The position numbers and the translations under genes are program-made. The notes under the pieces were generated by a model. That model saw only the letters and a list, made by a program, of their open reading frames with translations, did no database searches and was not told the DNA's origin. DNA of 61,233 nt from Candidatus Acidiferrales bacterium (GTDB lineage Bacteria > Acidobacteriota > Terriglobia > Acidiferrales > UBA7541). Where the stretch lies: NCBI GenBank assembly GCA_035272605.1, contig DATEQM010000016.1:1-61233 (forward strand), in the 5' to 3' direction. Positions 27,842 through 37,274 of the stretch are shown here, in pieces. Within the stretch, counting starts at the first letter, position 1, and every line of letters starts with the position of its first letter.

Positions 27842-30493
27842 ATGCTGAGCGATCTGGTGGTCCGAATTCGTTCCCTCTTCCGCCGCGCCTCCGTGGAGGC
27901 GGAAATGAACGATGAGTTGCGCTTCCACATTGAACGTCAGACCGAAAAGCTGGCCGCCGCCGGCATTCCTCGCGAAGAGGCGGCGCGTCGCGCCCATTTG
28001 GAGTTCGGTGGCGTGGAACAGGTGAAAGAAGAATGCCGCGACGCTCGCGGCACGAGCCTCGTCGAGAGCCTGCTGCAGGACGTGCGCTACGCCCTGCGCA
28101 TTCTACGGAAAAATCCCGGATTCACCGCAGTAAGCATGCTCACGCTGGCGCTGGGCATCGGCGCCAATACCGCGATGTTCAGCATCGTCTACGCCGTGCT
28201 CGTTCGCCCCCTGCCGTACGCGCATCCCCAGCGACTCACTATGGTCTGGCAGAAGGACGATCTCGGACGCCCCGGCAACACCTCCTTCGCCACCTACACC
28301 GACTGGAAAACCCGCAACCACAGTTTCGAGCAGTTGGCACTCTTCCGCTCCTGGCAGCCGGTTCTCTCCGGGCGGGGCGATCCGCAAAAACTGATCGGCC
28401 TCCGCGTCTCGAACAATTTCTTTCGGACCCTCGGCGTTCGTCCGGAACTCGGCCGCGATCTGCGTCCTGAGGAGGACCAGCCCTCCACCAGCCACGTGGT
28501 GCTCCTGAGCCACGGGCTTTGGGAGCGGCAATTCGGCTCTGACCCTGCGATCGCGGGCAAAACGATCACCCTGAATGCCGCGAGCTACCTCGTCGCCGGC
28601 GTCCTCCCCGCGGATTTCGAATCGCTCCTCCGCACCGATCCCGCTGGAGGGCCGCCGGAGATTTTCGGCGCGCTCGGCTACGACGCCTCTCTTCCCTGGG
28701 CCTGTCGCACCTGCCAGCACCTTCAGGCCATCGGCCGCGTTCGTTTCGGCGTCAGCTTTGCCCAGGCTCAAGCGGAAATGGACGCAATCTCCGCGGCGCT
28801 CTGGAAGGAACATCCATCCGAGTATTCGGCCTCCGGCGTGATTTTCACTCCGCTCCGCGAGCACCTGCTCGGGCCGCTCAGCCGGATGCTCTACGTGCTC
28901 CTCGGCGCGGTTAGCTTTGTGCTGCTGATCGCCTGCGTCAACCTCGCCAATCTCCTGCTGGCCCGCGCCGCCCACCGGGAACGGGAGATGGCCGTGCGCG
29001 CGACGCTGGGCGCTGGCCGGCTCCGCATGGTCCGGCAATTAATCGTCGAGAACTGGCTGCTGGCGACCGCGGGCGCTGCCGCGGGACTCCTCCCCGCTTG
29101 GTGGACGCCGCGCGTGCTGTCTGCCATTGGCGCCGGCGGGCTCCCCCGCCTCGCGGACGTACGGCTGGATTGGCACGTACTCCTCTTCGCGTTTCTCGCC
29201 GCCCTGCTCACCGGCCTCGTTTCCGGCATCGTGCCCGCCCTCCGCCTCTCGAAGTTGGCTCTGCACGACTCCCTGCGCGAGCGCGTGGAAGGCTCTTCCG
29301 GCGCGGCGCACCGCCGGCTGCGCGGGCTGTTCGTGGTTACCGAAATCGCGCTTTCGCTCACGCTGCTGGTGGGCGCGGGGCTCCTGCTTCGCAGCCTCTC
29401 CCGTTTGCTGGAGGTTGCTCCGGGATTCGATCCCCAAAATGTGCTCACCTTGATCATCTCCACCAGCGGGCCGCGGTACGACCAGAACGCGGCGCTACGG
29501 CAGTTCTACACCGATGTGTTGCAGCGCGCTGCGGCACTGCCGGGCGTTAAAGCCGTCGGCATGACCAGCGAGGTGCCCCTCGGCGGGAACATGGACCAAT
29601 ACGGTTTTCACGCCGAAGGAAAGATGAACGCGAATCCGGAGCTGGACCCCAGCGCGGAACGCTACTGCGTCTCCCCCGGCTACCGCCGCGCCATGCGCAT
29701 TCCCCTTCTCCGCGGCCGCGATCTCGCCCCAAGCGATGCGGAGGGTGCCCCGCTCGCGCTTCTGATCAACCAAGCCACCGCTCGGGAGATCTGGCCGGGC
29801 GAAGACCCGCTCGGCAAACGCGTGAAACTCGGCGGGACGGACAAACCCTGGTGGACCGTGGTCGGCATCGTCGGTGACGTGCATCAAGGCGCGCTCGATG
29901 CTCGACCCAACATGCAGTTCTACGTTCCCCACGCGCAATGGCCCTATCCCGACTCCGACATGGTCCTCGCCATACGCACCTCCGGCCCGGCCGCCGGCAT
30001 GATTTCCGCCATTCGCCAGGTCATCCATTCCGTGGACCCGAACCAGCCGGTCTCCCGCATCATGACGCTCCAGGAATATATCGGGGCCTCCGTGGGAAGC
30101 CGCCGGCTGGTCCTGATCCTATTGAATATCTTCGCCGGCATTGCGGTGTCGCTCGCTATCGTGGGGATTTACGGCGTGGCCTCCTACACCGTGGCCCAAC
30201 GCACGCATGAAATCGGCATCCGCATGGCTCTGGGGGCCCAGCGGCATGCGGTCCTGGGCATGTTGCTCGGCCAGGGCCTCGCGCTGGCCCTGGCCGGAAT
30301 CGGCATCGGCATCGCTGCGTCGTTCGAGTTGACGCGCTTCCTGGGCAGCCTGCTGTTCGGCGTCACCCCCACCGACCCCGCGACCTTTGCTGTCGTCTCC
30401 CTGCTCCTCGCGGGCGCGGCGCTCGCCGCTTTCTATCTTCCTGCGCGCCGCGCCATGCGCGTGGATCCCTTGGTGGCGCTGCGTTATGAGTAG
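27842..30493 (+). CDS. ADOP-family duplicated MacB/FtsX-type permease
   Basis: 883 aa. The N-terminal 'permease prefix' EMNDELRFHIERQTEKL...VKEECRDARG is followed by two MacB periplasmic-domain + FtsX modules (REMAVRATLGA..., HEIGIRMALGA...). Confidence 0.9.
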   Translation: MLSDLVVRIRSLFRRASVEAEMNDELRFHIERQTEKLAAAGIPREEAARRAHLEFGGVEQVKEECRDARGTSLVESLLQDVRYALRILRKNPGFTAVSMLTLALGIGANTAMFSIVYAVLVRPLPYAHPQRLTMVWQKDDLGRPGNTSFATYTDWKTRNHSFEQLALFRSWQPVLSGRGDPQKLIGLRVSNNFFRTLGVRPELGRDLRPEEDQPSTSHVVLLSHGLWERQFGSDPAIAGKTITLNAASYLVAGVLPADFESLLRTDPAGGPPEIFGALGYDASLPWACRTCQHLQAIGRVRFGVSFAQAQAEMDAISAALWKEHPSEYSASGVIFTPLREHLLGPLSRMLYVLLGAVSFVLLIACVNLANLLLARAAHREREMAVRATLGAGRLRMVRQLIVENWLLATAGAAAGLLPAWWTPRVLSAIGAGGLPRLADVRLDWHVLLFAFLAALLTGLVSGIVPALRLSKLALHDSLRERVEGSSGAAHRRLRGLFVVTEIALSLTLLVGAGLLLRSLSRLLEVAPGFDPQNVLTLIISTSGPRYDQNAALRQFYTDVLQRAAALPGVKAVGMTSEVPLGGNMDQYGFHAEGKMNANPELDPSAERYCVSPGYRRAMRIPLLRGRDLAPSDAEGAPLALLINQATAREIWPGEDPLGKRVKLGGTDKPWWTVVGIVGDVHQGALDARPNMQFYVPHAQWPYPDSDMVLAIRTSGPAAGMISAIRQVIHSVDPNQPVSRIMTLQEYIGASVGSRRLVLILLNIFAGIAVSLAIVGIYGVASYTVAQRTHEIGIRMALGAQRHAVLGMLLGQGLALALAGIGIGIAASFELTRFLGSLLFGVTPTDPATFAVVSLLLAGAALAAFYLPARRAMRVDPLVALRYE

Positions 30494-30507
30494 CCGCCCA
30501 ACATATA

Positions 30508-30527
30508 GAGCAGGCTTCAGTCTGCTC
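30508..30527 (+). repeat. TTCA-loop GC-rich hairpin (family member; putative terminator/REP-like)
   Basis: gagcaggc-ttca-gtctgctc, 15 nt after the stop of the first ADOP gene. Confidence 0.5.
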
Positions 30528-30555
30528 GCCTAAGGTTCAATCTCGGAGAACTCCC

Positions 30556-33261
30556 ATGAGCAAAATAACAACCGACCTCCTCCACCGCCTTCGCTCTCTC
30601 CTCCGCCGCGATGCCGTCGAGTCGGAGATGAACGACGAATTGCGCTTCCACGTCGAACGCCAGACGGAAAAGCTGGCCGCCTCTGGTATGAATCCCGAAG
30701 AAGCGGCTCGCCGGGCGCGCATTGAGTTGGGCGGCCTCGAGCAGGTCAAAGAAGAATGTCGCGACGCCCGCGGCACGAACCTGCTCGAAAGCCTTCTCCA
30801 GGACGTGCGCTACGCCCTGCGCGTGTTGCGGAAGAGTCCGGGATACACGGCCGTCTGCGTGCTCACCCTGGCTCTGGGCATCGGCGCCAACGCCGCCATC
30901 TTTTCCGTAATGGACTCCGTGCTGCTGAGCCGCCTGCCGGTGAAGCACCCGGAAGAGCTGGTGCTGATCAATTCGTGGGATGCGAAGGACCGCGTCAGTA
31001 GCTCCTTCTCCTACCCGATGTATCAGGACTTGCGCGACCGGAACACGGTGTTCGCGGGCGTGATTGCGCGCGGCGGCGCAAACTTCAATCTGAGTTACCG
31101 CGGCGTGAACGAGCGCGTGCGCGGCGAGCTCGTCTCCGGGAATTACTACGACGTTCTCGGCGTGCGGCCCTGGATCGGCCGCCTCTTTACCCAGCAGGAC
31201 GACATCATCCCCGGCGGGCATCCCGTCGTCGTGCTCAGCTACGGATTCTGGCAGCGGCGATTCGGCGGCGACCCCTCCGTCGTGGGACTGACCGCACTTC
31301 TCAATGAGCACCCCATGACGGTGATCGGCGTCTCCCCGCCCGAATTCTACGGCACAGGTCTCGACGCCCCCGAGGACGTGCGCGTGCCGATGATGATGAC
31401 TCTGGTCTTCAAGCCCGTGCCCGAGAACCGAATGCAGAGCCGCGGCCACCAGTGGCTCGACCTGATGGCGCGGCGCAAGCCCGGCGTCTCGCTCGCACAG
31501 GCCCAGACCTCGCTGGAACTCCTTTATCACCAGATCCGAGAGGGCGAGGAACAGCAGCTCCCCGCGACGACCTCCGCCATCGACCGCCAGCAATTCCTGG
31601 TCAGCAGGATCCGGCTGGAGCCGGGCGCCCAAGGCAGACAATCCTTGCAGCGCCACATGAGCCAGCCGCTGCTCTTGTTGTTTGCCGTGACCGGCATCGT
31701 GCTGCTGATTCTCTGCGCCAATCTCGCCAATCTATCGCTCGCCCGCTCCGCCGCGCGCGGCCAGGAAGTGGCCGTGCGACTGGCGCTCGGCGCGGGGCGC
31801 GCGCGCCTGGTGCGGCAGTGGCTCACGGAAAGCCTGGTACTCTCGCTGCTCGGAGCGGTGGCCAGCGTGCTCGTCGCCGTTTGGGGAAAGGCCGCGCTGC
31901 TCAGCTTTGTCCCGGCGGATTTCCGCGGCAACCTCGTCTCCCCGCTGGGGTGGCACGTGTTTGCTTTCTTGTTGGTGGTGGCCATGCTCACGGGAGTGCT
32001 CCTGGGCCTCGCTCCGGCCCTGCGCGCCACCCGCTCTTCCTCGGTCGGCACGCTGCACGCGGATTCGCGCATGTCCGCGCCGGGCGGCGGAGTGTTGAGC
32101 CTGCGCGGCGGCCTCACCCTCTTGCAGGTGGCGCTTTCGCTGCCGCTGCTCGTCGGCGCTGGGCTGTTCCTCCAGAGTTTGCGCAATTTGGAGGGCATGG
32201 ACGCCGGATTTCAGAAAGAGAACATCCTGCTGGCCAGCCTGAATCCCTCTCTGAATGGATATCCCCAGGCGCGCGTTCACAGCCTGTACGCCGACCTGCT
32301 CGCCCAGCTCCGCGCGCAGCCCGGCGTGCGCTCGGCCAGTCTCACCACCAACCCGCCCATCTCGGGTGGCTGGGACCAGGACTCTGTCGTCGTCGAAGGC
32401 TACCAGCCGCGCCAAGGCGAAGACATGAGCCCGTACTGGGCAGCCGTTTCAACCGACTATTTCAAGACTCTGGGAATTCCGCTGCTCGCCGGTCGCGGAT
32501 TCAACGACCAGGACGTGGCGGGCGCGCCCAAGGTCGCCATCATCAACGAAACCATGGCCCATTACTTCTTCAAAGACGCGAACCCCCTCGGCCGCAAGAT
32601 CGGCCTCGACAAAATACCCGACACCGAGATTGTCGGTGTGGTGAAAGACTCCAAGTACACGGATCTGCGCGAGAAGACCCCGCGGCACATGTACATGCCC
32701 ACCATGCAGCAGGACCGGCTGTTCGATCTGGCCATCGCCGTGCGCACCGCGGGCGACCCGCGGGCCGCGGTGGACATGGTGCGCTCCGTAACCGCGCACG
32801 TGGACCCCCACTTGCCGCTCTACGGTGTGACCACCCTCGAAGCCCAAATCGACGTTTCGCTCACGGCCGACCGCATGATCGCCTGGCTCTCGACCCTGTT
32901 CGGGATGCTCGCCACTCTGCTCTCGGCCATCGGCCTTTACGGTGTTGTGGCCTATTCCGCGGAGCGCCGCACGCGCGAGATCGGCATCCGCATCGCGCTC
33001 GGCGCGCTCCCTGGCGACGTCTTGGACTTGGTGCTGCGCCAGACCGGATACATCGTAGCCGCTGGTCTCGCGTTGGGTGCCGCCGCCGCGCTGGCGCTCA
33101 GCCGCATCATCGGCAACTTGCTCTATTCCGTCCGGCCCATGGAGCCCGCCGTCTATCTGCTGGCCGGCTTCTTGCTCGCCGCCTCGGCAGGCCTGGCGGC
33201 CTATCTACCCGCGCGCCGCGCCACCCGCGTGGATCCCGTGATGGCCCTGCGCCACGAGTAG
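30556..33261 (+). CDS. ADOP-family duplicated MacB/FtsX-type permease (paralog)
   Basis: 901 aa with the same architecture. Its prefix domain is nearly identical to the previous gene's (EMNDELRFHVERQTEKL...VKEECRDARG). Confidence 0.9.
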   Translation: MSKITTDLLHRLRSLLRRDAVESEMNDELRFHVERQTEKLAASGMNPEEAARRARIELGGLEQVKEECRDARGTNLLESLLQDVRYALRVLRKSPGYTAVCVLTLALGIGANAAIFSVMDSVLLSRLPVKHPEELVLINSWDAKDRVSSSFSYPMYQDLRDRNTVFAGVIARGGANFNLSYRGVNERVRGELVSGNYYDVLGVRPWIGRLFTQQDDIIPGGHPVVVLSYGFWQRRFGGDPSVVGLTALLNEHPMTVIGVSPPEFYGTGLDAPEDVRVPMMMTLVFKPVPENRMQSRGHQWLDLMARRKPGVSLAQAQTSLELLYHQIREGEEQQLPATTSAIDRQQFLVSRIRLEPGAQGRQSLQRHMSQPLLLLFAVTGIVLLILCANLANLSLARSAARGQEVAVRLALGAGRARLVRQWLTESLVLSLLGAVASVLVAVWGKAALLSFVPADFRGNLVSPLGWHVFAFLLVVAMLTGVLLGLAPALRATRSSSVGTLHADSRMSAPGGGVLSLRGGLTLLQVALSLPLLVGAGLFLQSLRNLEGMDAGFQKENILLASLNPSLNGYPQARVHSLYADLLAQLRAQPGVRSASLTTNPPISGGWDQDSVVVEGYQPRQGEDMSPYWAAVSTDYFKTLGIPLLAGRGFNDQDVAGAPKVAIINETMAHYFFKDANPLGRKIGLDKIPDTEIVGVVKDSKYTDLREKTPRHMYMPTMQQDRLFDLAIAVRTAGDPRAAVDMVRSVTAHVDPHLPLYGVTTLEAQIDVSLTADRMIAWLSTLFGMLATLLSAIGLYGVVAYSAERRTREIGIRIALGALPGDVLDLVLRQTGYIVAAGLALGAAAALALSRIIGNLLYSVRPMEPAVYLLAGFLLAASAGLAAYLPARRATRVDPVMALRHE

Positions 33262-33295
33262 CGCCGCGTCCCGCATCGTTGTCTCCCGCCACTCG

Positions 33296-33646
33296 CTAAA
33301 AGGGAATCGTCGCCATCCGGTTCACCCACTCTTCCGCGTCCGTGGCAGTCCAAACGAGCAGTAGGCCCTCGATGGCCGTCCTCAAATCCAAGTTCTGAGA
33401 AACGATCAGAAGCCCAGGACTCCTGTTCGCACCGGAAAATTTATCGAAGGTCTCGGGCATCGTCTTACGATCATGCGAAACGAGTACCCGCTCATCGCGG
33501 GCCGCGAGCTCCAGCACCTCCAGGTCGCTCAAGCCTCGAAGGCCGGCAGCCGTCGCGGTCCTGAAATCCACGCCGGGCTCACGACGGAGAACTCCCTTAA
33601 CGATGTCCTCGTTGAGGTCCGCATCTGCCTGAAACCGGACCTTCAC
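33296..33646 (-). CDS. DUF5615-family PIN-like putative toxin
   Basis: MKVRFQADADLNEDIV...VLVSHDRKTM pattern; 4-bp overlap with the upstream DUF433 gene. Confidence 0.75.
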   Translation of the reverse strand: MKVRFQADADLNEDIVKGVLRREPGVDFRTATAAGLRGLSDLEVLELAARDERVLVSHDRKTMPETFDKFSGANRSPGLLIVSQNLDLRTAIEGLLLVWTATDAEEWVNRMATIPF

Positions 33647-33960
33647 GACTGCCGGGTTTGGAGGTGATTCCTGGCTTCTTCGAGCTTTTGAAACAGGGCG
33701 GGATTCGCCTGCCGTGTTCGAGCACGCAGCGCGTCGAATTCAGGTTCGCTCTGCCTCAGGTAGGGTTCAAGTTCGGTCTGACGGGAAAGAAAGTAGGTAA
33801 TCGCCCCATACACTTCTTCCAGCTTGAGGACAGGGAAAGACTGGGCGATGCTCTCCGGAGCCGCGCCGCGAAGAAAAGCGAAAACGATGGATTCCAGCGA
33901 CACGCGGCTGCCGGCAACCCAGTAACCGCCATCACGCTGCTCGACGTATTCCCGCGTCAT
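33643..33960 (-). CDS. DUF433-family putative antitoxin
   Basis: From ATG 33960: MTREYVEQRDGGYWVAGSRVSLESIVFAFLRGAAPESIAQSFPVLKLEEVYGAITYF, a typical DUF433 core. The upstream part of ORF 33643..34125 was discarded. Confidence 0.75.
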   Translation of the reverse strand: MTREYVEQRDGGYWVAGSRVSLESIVFAFLRGAAPESIAQSFPVLKLEEVYGAITYFLSRQTELEPYLRQSEPEFDALRARTRQANPALFQKLEEARNHLQTRQS

Positions 33961-34121
33961 TCCGCCTGCCTCGCTTCTGATTCTACCAGAACACTTTTGC
34001 GGCGGCTCGGACTCCGCCCGGATTGCGCACGCAGGAAGGGTAGCGCCAGGCCCTCGGCGCGGGGTGGCGAGCCTCTGCGGCGCCCCGCACCGCTCCCAAG
34101 CCCACCGCCGCTCCGCCCGAA

Positions 34122-34598
34122 TCAATCGTGCCGGCCGCCGCGGAGCACTTCCACCGCGTGCGGCAGCAGCGCTGCAATCGCCTCGAGTGATTCCACCGCC
34201 CCCCGCGGGCTCCCCGGAAGATTCACGATCAGCGTGCTCCCTCGCACTCCCGCGGTCGAGCGCGAGAGCGCGGCGCGCTCGCTCGATTCCCGCCCCGCCT
34301 GGCGCATCACTTCCCCGAGCCCCGGCACAAGCTTCGAGCAGACTGCGGTCGTCGCTTCCGGCGTCGAGTCGCGCGGGCCCAGGCCGGTTCCACCGGCCGT
34401 AAGAATCACATCGAGTTCGTCACGGTCGGCCAGCGAGGCCAACAGCATCCGCAGCGGCTCTTCATCGTCGGAGACCACGTGCCGCGAGAGCACGCGCCAG
34501 CCGTTCTCGGTGCACAGAGCGGCGAGCGCGGGGCCCGTGGCGTCCGGGCGTTGATTGCGGGCCACGCTGTCGCTCACGGTGATGACGGCAATGCGCAC
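34122..34598 (-). CDS. mogA: Molybdenum cofactor biosynthesis protein MogA/MoaB (MoCF_biosynth domain)
   Basis: VITVSDS...ILTAGGTGLGPRDSTPEAT...LPGSPRGA motifs. Confidence 0.85.
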   Translation of the reverse strand: MRIAVITVSDSVARNQRPDATGPALAALCTENGWRVLSRHVVSDDEEPLRMLLASLADRDELDVILTAGGTGLGPRDSTPEATTAVCSKLVPGLGEVMRQAGRESSERAALSRSTAGVRGSTLIVNLPGSPRGAVESLEAIAALLPHAVEVLRGGRHD

Positions 34599-34673
34599 GA
34601 TCAGCCTCGGAATCGCGTTGCCGGCGCAGGATACGCCGGCATCCCGCCATGACCAGGCAGCACGGCCCCGCCG

Positions 34674-35411
34674 CTATGAAGCCGGTTCGGAATCACGGGC
34701 GGCTTCGTCCTGCAGGCGCAGGCCTTCCATCAGCAGGCCCTGCGTCGAGCGTTGGATGGTTTCCTGGTCAACGGATGAATTGAAGTCTATCTCGAACGTG
34801 CCCGCCGTCCAGCTCATGATCGCGTAAACGGCCTGCTCCCCGGCGATCGGGCCGAACACGGCATGCTTGCAGGCGCCCGTCGTAAACCACATTTCGCAGC
34901 GTTCGGCGCCGCGGCTCACGGTCAGCTTGCAGTTCTTCTGCCCCATTTCGAGCGATTGCAACAGGTCAATGATGCTCATCTCCTCCAGCCGGCCCTCCAG
35001 GACGCCGGGACGCTTCGCCTTCTGCTGGAGTTTCTCGAGCTGCAGCCGGTCAATCACTTTCTTCGCGCGCCGCACCAGTTCTTTCACGTAAAACGGCTTC
35101 TGGATGAAGTCCTCGACGCCCTCCACGAGCGGGCGAAGCTTCTCTTCCAGGTCGCCCCGGCCGGCCATGAAAATAAACGGAGTGTTCTTGGAAGCCTCGC
35201 GAATGCGGATTTTCTCGTAGAATTGCCGGCCGTCCACCCCGGGCATTTTGTAGTCGCACACGATCAGGTCGGGCGACTGCTCCACGACCTTCAGCAGCGC
35301 GTCCACGCCATCCCCGGCGGTGAGCACTTCGGCGTGCGGCTCAAAGCCTTTCGCCAGTAGGTCGCGAACGAGCGGGTTGTCGTCCACCACCAGGACGCGG
35401 ACGGTTTTCAT
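34674..35411 (-). CDS. Response regulator: REC + DUF4388 (PatA-like) output domain
   Basis: REC: [14 protein letters not shown]...[13 protein letters not shown]...K. C-terminal [28 protein letters not shown]...[19 protein letters not shown] is a typical DUF4388. The start overlaps the moaC stop by 4 bp. Confidence 0.8.
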   Translation of the reverse strand: MKTVRVLVVDDNPLVRDLLAKGFEPHAEVLTAGDGVDALLKVVEQSPDLIVCDYKMPGVDGRQFYEKIRIREASKNTPFIFMAGRGDLEEKLRPLVEGVEDFIQKPFYVKELVRRAKKVIDRLQLEKLQQKAKRPGVLEGRLEEMSIIDLLQSLEMGQKNCKLTVSRGAERCEMWFTTGACKHAVFGPIAGEQAVYAIMSWTAGTFEIDFNSSVDQETIQRSTQGLLMEGLRLQDEAARDSEPAS

Positions 35412-36013
35412 CTCGTCCGGCTCCGCCCGGCATCCCGCCGCTTCCCCACGGGTCGCCGGTAATCGCCACGCTGGCCCCCAGTTTTTTCCACCAGGTAGAT
35501 GCCGGTGATTTCCATGCTCCTGTCGAGCGCTTTGGCCATGTCGTAGACGGTGAGGGCGGCCACGGCAACCGCGGCGAGCGCTTCCATTTCCACCCCGGTC
35601 TGCGCGCTCGAATTGACGCGGCCCTCGATCTCGATCCCATTGTGGCGGAGCCGCGTGGTGACGTCAACGTGCGTCAGCGCCAGGGGATGGCACAGAGGAA
35701 TCATCTCGCTGGTGCGTTTGGCCGCCGCGATCCCGGCAATCCGCGCGATTTCCAGCGGGTCGCCTTTGGGCAGCGTCCGCCGCCGGATGGCCGCCAGCGC
35801 CACGCGCCCGATGCGGATAAATCCCCGCGCGCGCGCCGTGCGCGCCGTCACCGGCTTTGCGGACACATCCACCATCTGCACGCCGCCCCGCTTTGCGGAG
35901 CGATAGTGGGAAAGATCTCCCGCCCTCTTGGGAGTTCCACGTTTTGCGGTTCCACGTTTCACAGTCGTTCGGTACTGCCGCCTTCCAGTCGCCTCTTTGC
36001 GGCTCCCGGGCAA
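35408..36013 (-). CDS. moaC: Cyclic pyranopterin monophosphate synthase MoaC (start uncertain)
   Basis: [14 protein letters not shown]...MIPLCHPL...[20 protein letters not shown]. The ~35-aa basic N-terminal extension ([12 protein letters not shown]) may not be translated. Confidence 0.85.
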   Translation of the reverse strand: MPGSRKEATGRRQYRTTVKRGTAKRGTPKRAGDLSHYRSAKRGGVQMVDVSAKPVTARTARARGFIRIGRVALAAIRRRTLPKGDPLEIARIAGIAAAKRTSEMIPLCHPLALTHVDVTTRLRHNGIEIEGRVNSSAQTGVEMEALAAVAVAALTVYDMAKALDRSMEITGIYLVEKTGGQRGDYRRPVGKRRDAGRSRTR

Positions 36014-36040
36014 TCACGGGCCCGAGACACGCCTCGAAAA

Positions 36041-37261
36041 CTACAGCCGGTCCCGCCGCAAGAGCACATCCACCCATTCGCCCGCCGCGAATTCTAACTT
36101 TGTTTCCGGCACCACGAGAAAACAATTTGCCCGCGCCAGCGCGGCCACGTCGCCGCTGCCCTGCCAGGCCACTTCCGCCACCTGCGCCTCGCCGTTTTCC
36201 CAGCTCATTTCCGCCGGCAGGAAGTGCGTCAGCGCCGCTTTCTGCCGCACCGCGTGGCGCGCGCGCGCCTTTACCAGCGGCAGCGGCCGCGGCGCCGCTC
36301 CGGAAAGCACGTCCACCAGCGGCACTCCAAGCAGCTCGAATGTGACCATGGTCGAGACCGGATTGCCCGGGAGCCCCAGAACCGGTTTCCCCTGGCACAC
36401 CCCGAACACCGCAGGGCGCCCCGGACGAATCGCCACCCCGTCGAAATAAAACTCCGCACCCAATTCGCCTAGCACGGCTTCCACCAGGTCGTATTTCCCC
36501 ATGGAAACGCCGCCGGTCAGAACGAGCGCGTCGGCGGCCAGTCCCTCCTCGATTTTCCGGCGCAGCACGGCGCTGTCGTCGGCTGCGTTGCCCACCGGGA
36601 GCGCGGCGCCGCCTGCCAGCGTCACCTGAGCGGCCAGCGAAAAACTGTTGCTGTTGCGAATCTGGAAGGCTCCGGGCGTTGCGGCCACCGGCACCACTTC
36701 GTCGCCGGTCGAGAGAATCGCCACTCGCGGCCGCGCAAACACCGCCACGTGCGCATGGCCAAATTGCGCGGCGATGGAGATTTCCGCGTAACCGATCCGC
36801 ATGCCGGCAGCCAACAGCGCGTCACCGGCCTTCGCTTCGCTGCCTCGCGGGACAACGTTTGCTCCCGCCGCGACGCTGCGCGTCACCACAACCGCGCCCC
36901 CTTGCGGTTCCGTGTGTTCGATCATCACCACCGCGTCTGCCCCGCGCGGCACCGCCGCCCCGGTCATGATCTGCACGCACTCGCCCGGCCGCACCGCGCC
37001 GGTGAACTCCGCCCCCGCGCGGATTTCGCCCACCAGCGCGAGCGTGGCAGGAACACTGGCCACGTCTGCCGCGCGCACCGCAAAGCCGTCGCGCGTCGAG
37101 CGATCGAAGGGTGGCGCGTCACGGTCCGCGTCCAGCCGCTCTGCGAGCACGCGCCCCAGCGCAGCCTCGAGCGCAACCTTCTCATGCGTGGGCGCGCGTC
37201 CGCCCAGCGTCCGCACGGCAACCTCCGCCACCATCCGGCGCGCTTCCGTGTAGGAAATCAT
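36041..37261 (-). CDS. moeA: Molybdopterin molybdotransferase MoeA
   Basis: 406 aa, MISYTEARRMV..., STGDEV, LTGGVSMGKYD, PGNPVS motifs. Confidence 0.9.
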   Translation of the reverse strand: MISYTEARRMVAEVAVRTLGGRAPTHEKVALEAALGRVLAERLDADRDAPPFDRSTRDGFAVRAADVASVPATLALVGEIRAGAEFTGAVRPGECVQIMTGAAVPRGADAVVMIEHTEPQGGAVVVTRSVAAGANVVPRGSEAKAGDALLAAGMRIGYAEISIAAQFGHAHVAVFARPRVAILSTGDEVVPVAATPGAFQIRNSNSFSLAAQVTLAGGAALPVGNAADDSAVLRRKIEEGLAADALVLTGGVSMGKYDLVEAVLGELGAEFYFDGVAIRPGRPAVFGVCQGKPVLGLPGNPVSTMVTFELLGVPLVDVLSGAAPRPLPLVKARARHAVRQKAALTHFLPAEMSWENGEAQVAEVAWQGSGDVAALARANCFLVVPETKLEFAAGEWVDVLLRRDRL

Positions 37262-37274
37262 GGAATTCAGAGAC

